A DNA stretch of 32,526 bases from Campylobacterales bacterium (GTDB lineage Bacteria; Campylobacterota; Campylobacteria; Campylobacterales; Arcobacteraceae): contig JAIELU010000185.1 in NCBI GenBank assembly GCA_019752775.1, positions 1 through 32,526 on the forward strand, given 5' to 3'. The notes under the pieces were generated by a model. That model saw nothing but the letters and a program-made list of their open reading frames with translations, ran no database searches and was not told the origin of the DNA. The first letter of the stretch is position 1. The number at the start of each line of letters is the position of its first letter. The translations under genes were made by a program, and so were the position numbers. Shown piece after piece: positions 9,871 through 19,190 of this stretch.

Positions 9871-11105
9871 TGAATAAGAGAATTATGGAATTAAAAGGTG
9901 TAGAAGTTTGGGATGGAAACATGGCAAACTCTCAGGCTTTAAGACAAGCTGATGTTGATGTTGTTGCTGCTTATCCTATTACCCCATCAACTGCTACTGT
10001 TGAAAACTACGCAATGTTTCATGCAAATGGATATATTGATGGCGAAGTAATGATGACTGAATCTGAACACGCAGCAATGTCTGCATGTATTGGAGCAGGA
10101 GCGGCTGGTGGAAGAGTTGCAACAGCAACTTCTTCACAAGGTTTAGCACTTATGATTGAAACTTTATATCAAGCATCTGGAATGAGAATTCCTGTTGTTT
10201 TATGTTTAGTAAATAGAGCATTAGCTGCACCACTTAATGTAAATGGTGACCACTCAGATTTATATTTAACAAGGGATTCTGGTTGGATTTCAATTGATGC
10301 ATTTTCACCTCAAGAAGCTTATGATATGACTTTAATGTCATTTAAAATTTCTGAACATCCAGAAGTTAGACTTCCAGTTATTTCTAATCAAGATGGATTT
10401 ATGACTTCACATACAGCTCAAAATGTTACACCTTTAAAAGATGATGTTGCTTGTAAATTTGTAGGTGATTACTTACAAGTAAATGCTTTATTAAACTTTG
10501 ATAAACCTGTAACTCATGGTGTTCAAACTGAACAAGATTGGCATTTTGAACATAAAGCAAAACAACATGCTGCTTTAATGAGTTCTAAAAAAGTAATCTT
10601 AGAAACATTTGCACAATTTAAAGAATTAACAGGAAGAGAATATAAACTTGTTGAATCTTATAATTTAGAAAATGCTGATGTTGCAATTGTATGTTTAGGT
10701 TCAACTTTTGAAACTGCAATGCTAGCAATTGATCAATTAAAAGCTGAAGGAATTAATGCAGCTGTTGTAGCACCAAGAGTATTTAGACCTTTCCCACTTG
10801 AAGAAGTTGCCGTTGCATTACAAAATGTAAAAGCAATCGCTTGTATGGATAGATCAGCACCTGGTGGAACTGTTGGAACTCTATATAATGAAGTTTCAGG
10901 AGCATTAATCAATACAAAAGCTCGACCATTAGTTTCTAATTTAATTTATGGTTTAGGTGGAAGAGATATGACTGTTGCTGGTTTAAAAGATATATTTAGA
11001 ACTTTAGATAAAGAAGCAAAAGAAGGTAAGTTATCTGGAAAAATCCAAAGATTTATTGGAGTAAGAGGTCCAGAACTTAGCTTTTATGAAACGCAAGGAA
11101 TATAA
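9870..11105 (+). CDS. porA: Pyruvate:ferredoxin/flavodoxin oxidoreductase alpha subunit
   Basis: 'AAYPITPST', 'ESEHAAMS', 'TATSSQGL', 'NRALAAP', 'YGLGGRD'. Confidence 0.95.
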   Translation: MNKRIMELKGVEVWDGNMANSQALRQADVDVVAAYPITPSTATVENYAMFHANGYIDGEVMMTESEHAAMSACIGAGAAGGRVATATSSQGLALMIETLYQASGMRIPVVLCLVNRALAAPLNVNGDHSDLYLTRDSGWISIDAFSPQEAYDMTLMSFKISEHPEVRLPVISNQDGFMTSHTAQNVTPLKDDVACKFVGDYLQVNALLNFDKPVTHGVQTEQDWHFEHKAKQHAALMSSKKVILETFAQFKELTGREYKLVESYNLENADVAIVCLGSTFETAMLAIDQLKAEGINAAVVAPRVFRPFPLEEVAVALQNVKAIACMDRSAPGGTVGTLYNEVSGALINTKARPLVSNLIYGLGGRDMTVAGLKDIFRTLDKEAKEGKLSGKIQRFIGVRGPELSFYETQGI

Positions 11106-11107
11106 AA

Positions 11108-12076
11108 ATGAGTACACTTGTTAATACACAAAAAGAGATTAAAAATTTAAAATCATTCTCAACAGCAGCTGAAAGATTTGAGGGTTCACACCTTTTATGT
11201 CCAGGTTGTGCGCACTCTATTATCGTTAGAGAAGTTTTAAATGCAACAAATGATAACTTGGTAGTATCTGCTTCAACTGGATGTTTAGAAGTTTGTACAG
11301 CTATTTATCCTCATACTTCATGGGATTGTTCTTGGATTCATATTGGATTTGAAAACTCATCAACTGCAATGGCAGGAGTTGAGACAATGAACAAAGCCTT
11401 AAGAAATAAAGGAAGAATTAGTGAAGATACTCCTCAACCAAAATTCGTAACATTTGGGGGAGATGGTTCTACTTATGATATTGGATTCCAATGGATTTCT
11501 GGATGTTTTGAAAGAGGTCATGACTTTATGTATGTTTGTTTAGACAATGAAGTTTACGCAAATACGGGAGGTCAAAGATCATCTTCAACTCCAATTGGTT
11601 CAAGTACAACAACAGCACCAGCTGGTTCTCACTCTTATGGTGAGAAAAGACAAAAGAAAGATATAGTTTCTATTATGGCAGCTCATGGTGCACCTTATGT
11701 TGCTCAAGTAGCACCTAATAAATGGAAAGATATGGTTAAAAAAATCCAAAGAGGTTTTGATACACACGGACCTGTATTTATAAATGCAATGAGTGCTTGT
11801 ACAACTGAGTGGAAATTTGCTCCAAATCAAACTATTGAAGTTTCTGATTTAGCAGTTGATTCTTTAGTTTTCCCATTATATGAAATTATTGAAGGAAGAG
11901 AATTAAACATCACTTATAGACCAAAAAATATTATTCCAGTAAGAGATTATTTAGGAGCTCAACCAAGATTTAAACACTTGTTTAAACCTGAATATGAATA
12001 TCTAATTGATGAATGGCAAAAAAGAATTGACGAAAGATGGGTATTCTTACAAAAAAGAGAAGAAATTAGAATGTAA
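11108..12076 (+). CDS. porB: Pyruvate:ferredoxin/flavodoxin oxidoreductase beta subunit (TPP-binding)
   Basis: 'LCPGCAH', 'TGCLEV', TPP motif 'GGDG...DNEVYANTGGQ'. Confidence 0.95.
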   Translation: MSTLVNTQKEIKNLKSFSTAAERFEGSHLLCPGCAHSIIVREVLNATNDNLVVSASTGCLEVCTAIYPHTSWDCSWIHIGFENSSTAMAGVETMNKALRNKGRISEDTPQPKFVTFGGDGSTYDIGFQWISGCFERGHDFMYVCLDNEVYANTGGQRSSSTPIGSSTTTAPAGSHSYGEKRQKKDIVSIMAAHGAPYVAQVAPNKWKDMVKKIQRGFDTHGPVFINAMSACTTEWKFAPNQTIEVSDLAVDSLVFPLYEIIEGRELNITYRPKNIIPVRDYLGAQPRFKHLFKPEYEYLIDEWQKRIDERWVFLQKREEIRM

Positions 12077-12137
12077 TTTCTTTTTGAAATGAGAGTTTTA
12101 TCAGTATAATACACCTTTAAAATTAAATGGGATAATT

Positions 12138-13175
12138 ATGATAAAACTTTCAAACCTATTAAAAATGTTATTAGCTATTTTAATAGGTGCTTTTGGTTCT
12201 ATTTTATTCATATTTTTACATCTTCCTCTTCCGTGGCTTTTAGGAGCTATTTTTACAACTTCCATTGCTATGCGATTTGAAAATCTTCCAATCCAAAATC
12301 CAAAAATATTTTCAGCACCTGCAAGAATTTTTATAGGTTTAATAATCGGAAGTGCTTTTACTCCACAAATTCTAGAGTTTTTGCATCTTTATTTATTTAG
12401 TATTTTATTAATCATCCCTTATTCTATTATTGTTACATTTGCAGGAATGTATTATTATGTAAAAGTTTTAAAATTTGATAGGAAAACTGCTTTTTTTAGT
12501 TCAACTCCTGGTGGAGTTGTAGAAATGGTAATCTTAGGAGAAGAGCAAAAAGCTGATACTTCAAAAATTACTCTCGTACAATCTTCAAGGCTTTTATTTG
12601 TAGTTTTAACTTTACCTTTTATTATTCAATATATTTTTCATTTAGATATAAGTGGTAACCAGTTGATTACAAAATCTATAAAAGATACAAATTTGTTAGA
12701 ATTTTTTTATTTGATTATTATTGGTATTTTTGGAGCATTATTAGCTAAAAAACTAAAAATCTCTGCTGCATTTTTGATTGGTCCAATGATTTTAAGTATT
12801 ATTGTTTATAGTAGTGGTTTTATTTATACTTTAATTCCTGATGAATTAATCAAATTTGTTCAAATTATTTTTGGAACAATTATAGGCTTTACTTTTAGAG
12901 GTGTTAAGTTAAAAATGATTATAAAAACACTTCTAGGAACTTTTGGGCATTTTATTATTATTGCTTTTATTTCTGCTTTTTTTGTTTTTATTGCTTATTA
13001 TTTTTTTGGTTTTCCAATAGTTTCTATTCTTTTGGCTTTTAGTCCAGGTGGTCAAACGGAGATGAATCTTATAGCTTTACTTGTAGGTGCAAATGTTCCA
13101 TATATTACAATTCATCACATCATGAGGCTTTTTTTAGTTATGAATTTAGCCCCAATTATTGCTAAAAGATTATAA
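12138..13175 (+). CDS. AbrB-family (putative ammonia monooxygenase-like) membrane protein
   Basis: Duplicated architecture with 'LPLPWLLGA'/'AAFLIGPM' and 'TPGGVVEM'/'SPGGQTEM' motifs; about 10 TM helices. Confidence 0.88.
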   Translation: MIKLSNLLKMLLAILIGAFGSILFIFLHLPLPWLLGAIFTTSIAMRFENLPIQNPKIFSAPARIFIGLIIGSAFTPQILEFLHLYLFSILLIIPYSIIVTFAGMYYYVKVLKFDRKTAFFSSTPGGVVEMVILGEEQKADTSKITLVQSSRLLFVVLTLPFIIQYIFHLDISGNQLITKSIKDTNLLEFFYLIIIGIFGALLAKKLKISAAFLIGPMILSIIVYSSGFIYTLIPDELIKFVQIIFGTIIGFTFRGVKLKMIIKTLLGTFGHFIIIAFISAFFVFIAYYFFGFPIVSILLAFSPGGQTEMNLIALLVGANVPYITIHHIMRLFLVMNLAPIIAKRL

Positions 13176-13742
13176 TTTACTTATCTCTTTTAGTAATTCT
13201 TGAATTACCTCATCAAATGTTTTATTTAAACTATTTACAAACTCATAAGGTTTATTTTGGCTTACTAAAACTTTTCTATCATAAGTAAAAGTTTTTACAA
13301 GTTCTTTGTCTTTTAATAAATCAAATTTTACTTTTAAAATCACATAAGATTTATCTACATTGATTTCATGATAAATTTTTATTACATTTGTTTTTAAAAG
13401 ATAATCATATTTTATTTTTGCATCTTCTTGTAATACTAAAGAAAAAATATTACTACTTTGTAAAGTTTCCAATAAAGAGTTTTGAATCATATTACTTGGA
13501 ATATTTATCCATCTATTTTTTGCGTATTCTTCAAATGAATATGGTTTTGTACTATAGAAAATAGCTCTTGAATTAAAGCTTTTATTCACAAGTGGTTCTT
13601 CAATTAAAATTGATTTTCCAATATTTCTATAACTACTATTTTTTGGATTAAAATCTATAGAATAACTATTTATATCAACTTCTTGTTTTAGTGAACATCC
13701 TGATATTAAAACTACTATTAAAAGATAAAAAAGATTTTTCAT
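13170..13742 (-). CDS. ABC-type transport auxiliary lipoprotein (PqiC-like)
   Basis: Lipobox 'LISGC' when started at ATG 13742 (MKNLFYLL...); 'YAKNRW...PS' motif; last gene of the MCE operon. Confidence 0.85.
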   Translation of the reverse strand: MKNLFYLLIVVLISGCSLKQEVDINSYSIDFNPKNSSYRNIGKSILIEEPLVNKSFNSRAIFYSTKPYSFEEYAKNRWINIPSNMIQNSLLETLQSSNIFSLVLQEDAKIKYDYLLKTNVIKIYHEINVDKSYVILKVKFDLLKDKELVKTFTYDRKVLVSQNKPYEFVNSLNKTFDEVIQELLKEISKL

Positions 13743-13743
13743 A

Positions 13744-14646
13744 TTATTCTCCTGGTCCATTTTTTATATTTTTTTGTTTAAATAAAATATCACTTGGACT
13801 TTGATTTAGATTATCTATCAAAGTTTGAGTTTGTAAAAGTGTCGAATCTAGGTTATTTAAAACACTATTTAGTTTATCAAAACTCTCTTTTGACATATCA
13901 TTTATATCAAAACTTCCTTTTCTTATTTCAACTAAAATTTCATTTGTTAAGTCTTTAAAACTATTTGCTGATTTATCAATACTTTCAAAAGATTTATTTC
14001 CATTTTTTGTCAGAATTGAAATATTTTGTAGAAGTTCATCAATTTTCTTTTCATTACTTACAAGATATGTACTAAATTGTTCTACATTACTCATACTATT
14101 TTGAGTTTTACCCAAGATTTCTGAAATAGTTTTTATATTTTCATCGGCTAAAAGTTTTTTCATTTGCCCTAAAACTTGAGTTAATTGATTTGTTAAATCA
14201 GTTGTAGAATCAACTAAAGTTGATAAATCAGATTGTTTTGAACTTATTATTCTAAAGCCATTTTGGTCTGAATGTAAAAGTTTTGAATCATTACTTCCAC
14301 CTTTTAACTCAATATATTTAAGTCCTGTAATCCCTACATTTCCTAAAACTGCATAATTATCTTCTTTTATAGGAGTATCTTTTTTGATTACAATATCTAT
14401 TTGTATCTCTTCTGAATTAAGTGGATTTAGTTTTATTTCATTTACATTTCCAACTTCAAATCCTCTATATTTTATAGATGAGCCAATATTTAATCCTGAA
14501 ACTGATTCTGTAAAATAGATTGTGTATTCATCAAACTTTTTCTTTTCAAAACCAAATTTTCCCAACCAAAAAACTATAACCAAAAGTGAAATCACTAGTG
14601 CTATTACAAATAATCCTATTTTTAAAAAATTTATTTTAGTATCCAT
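13744..14646 (-). CDS. MlaD/MCE-family protein with long helical C-terminus
   Basis: N-terminal TM anchor; MCE motif 'SVSGLNIGSSIKYRGFEVGNV', 'GITGLKYIEL'; heptad-rich tail ending 'NQSPSDILF'. Confidence 0.92.
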   Translation of the reverse strand: MDTKINFLKIGLFVIALVISLLVIVFWLGKFGFEKKKFDEYTIYFTESVSGLNIGSSIKYRGFEVGNVNEIKLNPLNSEEIQIDIVIKKDTPIKEDNYAVLGNVGITGLKYIELKGGSNDSKLLHSDQNGFRIISSKQSDLSTLVDSTTDLTNQLTQVLGQMKKLLADENIKTISEILGKTQNSMSNVEQFSTYLVSNEKKIDELLQNISILTKNGNKSFESIDKSANSFKDLTNEILVEIRKGSFDINDMSKESFDKLNSVLNNLDSTLLQTQTLIDNLNQSPSDILFKQKNIKNGPGE

Positions 14647-15389
14647 TATTTACCTTTATTTGTTAAGAAATCTCTTATAAATTCATCATTAGAATTTAAT
14701 GCTTCATTAATATTTCCATCAAAGATTATCTTTTGTTTTAGTATTATAAATCTATCTAAAACTGTTTTTATTGTTTCTAAATCATGGGTAATTATGATTA
14801 TTGTGATATTTAACATTTTTTTTAGATTAAGTAATAACTCATTTATTTTTTGAGTACTATAAGGATCAAGTCCACTTGTAGGTTCATCTAAAAATAAAAC
14901 TTTTGGTTGCATTGCAAGACTTCGTGCAAGGGCAACTCTTTTTTTCATTCCACCACTTAATTCAGATGGATACAATAATGCACAACTTTTTGGAAGTCCA
15001 ACAATTTCCAGATTTGTGTATGCAATTTTTTCTATTAAATCAGATGATAAATCTGTATATTCTTTTAACATTACACTTATATTTTCAATAACATTCAAAA
15101 AAGAGTACAAAGCTCCAAACTGAAATAAATAAGAAAACTGCTGTTTTAAATCTTGAATATCTTTTAGATTTATATTTGAAACATCTTTTCCTAAAAGTTC
15201 AATATTTCCCTTTTGGATTTTGTCCAACATAACTATTTGTTTTACCAATACACTTTTCCCAGAACCACTTCCACCTAATACTCCAAAAATCTCACCTTCA
15301 TTTACACTAAATGAAATATCTTTGTGTACTATGTTTTCACCAAAAGCTGTTGATAAATTATTTACTCTTATTATTTTAAGTGCTTCCAT
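14646..15389 (-). CDS. ABC transporter ATP-binding protein (MlaF-like)
   Basis: GGSGSGKS, 'LFQFGALY', 'PSELSGGMKKRVALAR', 'DEPTSGLDP'. Confidence 0.93.
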   Translation of the reverse strand: MEALKIIRVNNLSTAFGENIVHKDISFSVNEGEIFGVLGGSGSGKSVLVKQIVMLDKIQKGNIELLGKDVSNINLKDIQDLKQQFSYLFQFGALYSFLNVIENISVMLKEYTDLSSDLIEKIAYTNLEIVGLPKSCALLYPSELSGGMKKRVALARSLAMQPKVLFLDEPTSGLDPYSTQKINELLLNLKKMLNITIIIITHDLETIKTVLDRFIILKQKIIFDGNINEALNSNDEFIRDFLTNKGK

Positions 15390-16507
15390 TATATTCCAAT
15401 CTCAGTTAGAATCACTGAAAAAATCGCATTTAAAGCAATAACCACAAAGATAGCATTTACAACACTTATTGTTGTATATTTTCCTATACTTGTAGTATTG
15501 TTTTGTACTTGAAATCCTCTGTAACATCCAATAAGTGCAATAGCAACTCCAAAAAATATTGATTTAAAAACTCCAATTAAAAGATGTTTTAATGGAACTT
15601 CTTGTCCCATTCTGTTTATAAATTCAAAAAATGCAACATCTAAATCCGTATAAGCTATTACCATTCCACCGAATATTCCTACAATATCAGCAAAAAACAC
15701 CAATAAAGGTAAAGCAATAACCAAAGCAAAAATTCTTGGTAAAACCAAAAATATTGTTGGCTCAAAATCCATAGTTCTCATGGCATCAATTTCATCTGTT
15801 ATTTTCATAGCTCCAATTTCGGCAGTATATGAACTAGAACTTCGTCCTGCAATTACAATTGCTGTTACAAGTGGAGCAATTTCTCTAAACATCGTAATAC
15901 AAATCATCTCAACAATAAAAATATTTGCTCCAAACTTTTCAAGCTGAACTGCTCCTTGATATGCAATTACGACTCCCACCAGAAATGAAGTGATTCCCAC
16001 AATAAAAAGTGCATTTACAGCAGAAGTATCAATATATTTTAACATCGCTTTTAATCTCATTTTTTTAGGATTAAAAAGCGAATAAACAAAATAATAAAAA
16101 ACTTTTCCTACAAATTTTGTAAAATCAAGGCTTGAAAGGTAAGCTTCATATGCAGCTTTACCAATCTTTTCTATAATATTTTTTTTATCTTTTATTTCTA
16201 AACTATTATCTTGATAGTGTTTTTCATAAAATCTATAAAACTCTTCAAAAGAATCTAAATTTTTAAGTGTTAAGTTTTTTTCTTCAACTTTTTTAAAAAA
16301 TGAAATAAGATAAATAAGTGAAGCAGTATCACACTCTTTTAGATTTTGGAAATCTACAGTTAATTTAGTCTGTGAAGAAAAAGTTAGTTTTTCTAATTTT
16401 TTGATGTTTGAAGTAAGAATTTGTTTATTCCAAATATTTAATAATGTTAGTTCATAACTATCATCATTTATTTTTCTAAGTTCTAAATAATCGTTATAAT
16501 CTTCCAT
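15389..16507 (-). CDS. MlaE-family permease with N-terminal STAS-like domain
   Basis: 'REIAPLVTAIVIAGRSSSSYTAEIGAMKITDEIDAM', 'LVLPRI'; N-terminal 'VDFQNLKECDTAS' STAS-like motif. Confidence 0.93.
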   Translation of the reverse strand: MEDYNDYLELRKINDDSYELTLLNIWNKQILTSNIKKLEKLTFSSQTKLTVDFQNLKECDTASLIYLISFFKKVEEKNLTLKNLDSFEEFYRFYEKHYQDNSLEIKDKKNIIEKIGKAAYEAYLSSLDFTKFVGKVFYYFVYSLFNPKKMRLKAMLKYIDTSAVNALFIVGITSFLVGVVIAYQGAVQLEKFGANIFIVEMICITMFREIAPLVTAIVIAGRSSSSYTAEIGAMKITDEIDAMRTMDFEPTIFLVLPRIFALVIALPLLVFFADIVGIFGGMVIAYTDLDVAFFEFINRMGQEVPLKHLLIGVFKSIFFGVAIALIGCYRGFQVQNNTTSIGKYTTISVVNAIFVVIALNAIFSVILTEIGI

Positions 16508-16593
16508 AATAACCTCTTTGCTTTTGGCAAAAAATAATTTAATATAATACCTAAACTTTGTACAAAAAGCCCTGTATTTCTTATGTGTTTGGG

Positions 16594-17502
16594 TTATATC
16601 AAATCTAACTCTTCGCTTATGTCCTTGATTAGTTTTGATAGTGGGCGTTTATGTAAATCTTCAGATATGTAAATTCCAAACAAATCTTGTTTTATCTCTT
16701 CTTGTGTTTTTTTAGTCAAATCTGATAACTCTTTTATTCTACTATCTGGATATTCTTTTCTTTTTTGAATCATCTCTAAAACTTTGTATTTATGATAATC
16801 ATATCTATCGTTTAAATTTAAACTTTCTATGTATTTATCATATTTATTTGAATAATTCTCAATCAATTTTATATAAAAATCTTGTTCTTTTTCTATTTGA
16901 AGATTAACATTTGAAATAAATGATTTAAACTTTACTCTTTCATCAAAATCAAAATCTTTATTTGTTGGAGAAAAATCATCAAATGGTATTTCTGAATCTC
17001 TTACTTTACTATTACATACATAACAACTTGGCACTAGATTGTATAAACTCAATGCTAAAAATGGATAATCAGCTTTTTCTAAAACATGGTCTAAAGTAAA
17101 AGCATTTTTTGTTTTATTATTTTTTTTGTAAGTATTTATAAAATCAATATTACAGTAATAACAAGTATGCACTTCTATATTTTCTTGAAAGAATTCTGAT
17201 ATTTTTGGTTGCAGTTTAAAGATTAATGTAACAAAGTCTTTTGAATTTGCTTTATCATAATTAAAAAAAGTTTTAACTATTTCAAAATCTACACTTGTCA
17301 AATTAATAGAATCTTTTATCTCCAATAACTTACCAAAATCACCAGTTAAAATATCTGCAAGAGAATAATTATTTAAAATGGTTTTTATATTAGTATTATA
17401 ATATTCTTCGAAAGTACAATTATTTTGTTTTCGCATTTCAGTATTTGCTATTTTTTTATAATAATCTTTTTTTTCAAATTCTTTATATTTAACTAAAATC
17501 AT
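16594..17502 (-). CDS. HNH endonuclease (PtuB/Septu-like)
   Basis: CYYC ... 'LDHVLEKADYPFLALSLYNLVPSCYVCN': Zn-binding Cys pairs plus DH-N-N catalytic pattern. Start overlaps the ATPase stop (TAATG at 17502). Confidence 0.85.
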   Translation of the reverse strand: MILVKYKEFEKKDYYKKIANTEMRKQNNCTFEEYYNTNIKTILNNYSLADILTGDFGKLLEIKDSINLTSVDFEIVKTFFNYDKANSKDFVTLIFKLQPKISEFFQENIEVHTCYYCNIDFINTYKKNNKTKNAFTLDHVLEKADYPFLALSLYNLVPSCYVCNSKVRDSEIPFDDFSPTNKDFDFDERVKFKSFISNVNLQIEKEQDFYIKLIENYSNKYDKYIESLNLNDRYDYHKYKVLEMIQKRKEYPDSRIKELSDLTKKTQEEIKQDLFGIYISEDLHKRPLSKLIKDISEELDLI

Positions 17503-19043
17503 TATTTTTTTAGCCTTTTTAATCTATCAATTTCATCTTCAAGTTTTTTTATCTCTTTATCAATCAAATATTCATCGTATAAAATCTTTTCTATTTCAAC
17601 TACATGATTTTTAATCACTTGTTTTAAATAATCATCTCCGATAATTGATTGAATTTGCCTAAACTTAGTTTTATGCTCTTTTTCATAAATTTCTTTTTCT
17701 TCATCTCTTTGCTTTTTATTTTCGTTTTTAGTTAATTCTTTTATTTTTTCATGGTAATTTATAATGGATTTGATTTTATCTTTTGCAAACTCACCCATAA
17801 GTCCATCTTTCATGAAAAAACCATGAGAAAGTAAGGTATGAATATTTGCTCCAAAAGTTTGTTTTCCATCATCAAAAGGATAGACTTGTTTCCCTTTTTC
17901 TAGGAATATTATGTTTTCTTTTGGTAGGTCTGAGAGAATAAATGGAGAATGTGTTGTAACTATTAAATGAAATTTCTTTTCAGAAAAATTTGATAATAAT
18001 TTAATCATTTCACTAATATATCTTTTCTGCCAATCGGGATGAAGTGTCAAATCAGGTTCATCTAAAAGTAGAAGAAAATTATTGTTTTTACTTTGTTTGA
18101 TTTCATCAAAAATCATTAACATCTCAGTAAAAAGTTTTCTTTCTCCTTGGCTCAAATCAAAATATTCTCTACCCTCTTTATCTGTAAAATCAATTTTTAA
18201 ATATCCTATATTTCTTAATTCTAAAAGGCTTTCTTTATACACATTATATATATCTTTAAATTCTTCAATTAATATCGTACTTTCTTCTATCCTTTCAAGT
18301 AAAGCATAAATATTTTCAATATTTTTTACCTTAAATTTTTCAAGAATCTCTTTTTCAATAGACATAATATCGGACTCAATTTCGTGTATTTTAGGATTTT
18401 CATCTTCAAATAATTCTATATACAAAAATGTTAATAATTTTTCTTTTGAGAAATTTTTATCTTTAACTTCTTTTGCAAGTTTTTTGCAATTATCTTTTGT
18501 AGGATGAAAAGTATCGAAAAACATAATTTTCATAGGATTAAAGAAAAATATTTCTGATTTGAATGAATAACAATGTTTGAGAATATTATTAACCATATAC
18601 TTAAAAAAAGTTAGAACATTAATATTTGTTTGACTATTTTTACCTCTTATATATGGATTCTTATATTCCAAACCTATACGATTATTATTTGGATAACTTG
18701 GTTTATTGATTTTTAATAGATCATAATTTGTATGTATTATTTTATAATCTTTTTCTTTTTCCAAGTTACAGACTTCATTATTTTTATTAAAAAAAGTTCC
18801 TTTATTCCCAATGGAATTTAATAAACTACTCTTCCCACTTCCATTGCCACCAACAATAGCAGTAACATTTATATTTTCACCAAAAAAGTTTTTAGGATAA
18901 AATTCTCCAGTTTTTTCTTTATCAACAACTTTTCCTAATTTTTTTGTATCTTCATCATACTCACACATAAACCTAGGTGAAAAATCAAACCCTTGCTTCT
19001 CTATATTCTTATACTTTTCAACCCACAAATAAACCAATTCCAT
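17502..19043 (-). CDS. ABC/AAA_21-type ATPase (PtuA/Septu-like)
   Basis: Walker A GGNGSGKS, signature LSQGE, Walker B/D-loop 'LLLLDEPDLTLHPDWQ', H-loop 'TTHSPFILSD', 'TFGANIHTLL...FFM'; no TM helices. Start placed at ATG 19043 (MELVYLWV) rather than 19097. Confidence 0.85.
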   Translation of the reverse strand: MELVYLWVEKYKNIEKQGFDFSPRFMCEYDEDTKKLGKVVDKEKTGEFYPKNFFGENINVTAIVGGNGSGKSSLLNSIGNKGTFFNKNNEVCNLEKEKDYKIIHTNYDLLKINKPSYPNNNRIGLEYKNPYIRGKNSQTNINVLTFFKYMVNNILKHCYSFKSEIFFFNPMKIMFFDTFHPTKDNCKKLAKEVKDKNFSKEKLLTFLYIELFEDENPKIHEIESDIMSIEKEILEKFKVKNIENIYALLERIEESTILIEEFKDIYNVYKESLLELRNIGYLKIDFTDKEGREYFDLSQGERKLFTEMLMIFDEIKQSKNNNFLLLLDEPDLTLHPDWQKRYISEMIKLLSNFSEKKFHLIVTTHSPFILSDLPKENIIFLEKGKQVYPFDDGKQTFGANIHTLLSHGFFMKDGLMGEFAKDKIKSIINYHEKIKELTKNENKKQRDEEKEIYEKEHKTKFRQIQSIIGDDYLKQVIKNHVVEIEKILYDEYLIDKEIKKLEDEIDRLKRLKK

Positions 19044-19142
19044 TAAAAACTCTTTTGTTATTATTTTATTACTAATCATAGTTAAAAGATTATTCAAAAT
19101 CCCTTTTTATATTTTCAGATTACCACCCATTTAATAAACTTT

Positions 19143-19151
19143 TGCTACAAT
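19143..19151 (+). promoter_or_regulatory. Extended -10 promoter of luxS (TGCTACAAT)
   Basis: TGnTAcAAT about 40 nt upstream of luxS; AAGGA Shine-Dalgarno before ATG 19191. Confidence 0.55.
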
Positions 19152-19190
19152 CCAAGCTTATTAAAAAAAGCAAATTATAAGGATTTTATT

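Noticed and set aside
11600-11830. 76-aa Cys-rich minus-strand ORF
   Set aside because: Lies inside porB; the Cys runs come from antisense reading of ACA/GCA codons.
14903-15441. Two short plus-strand ORFs (62 and 73 aa)
   Set aside because: Antisense shadows of the MlaF-like and MlaE genes.
18082-18309. 75-aa plus-strand ORF inside the ATPase (possible antitoxin)
   Set aside because: Leu/Ser/Phe/Ile composition is typical of an antisense shadow; no expression signals seen.
16551-19157. Loose similarity between the cassette flanks (taaactttgtacaa near 16552 and taaactttttgctacaa near 19134) as a possible target duplication
   Set aside because: Needs several gaps in AT-rich sequence, and the right copy is explained by the luxS promoter.
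16508-19190. Retron (type I-A) interpretation of the ATPase+HNH pair
   Set aside because: No reverse transcriptase gene in the window, and the short flanks show no convincing msr/msd inverted repeats.
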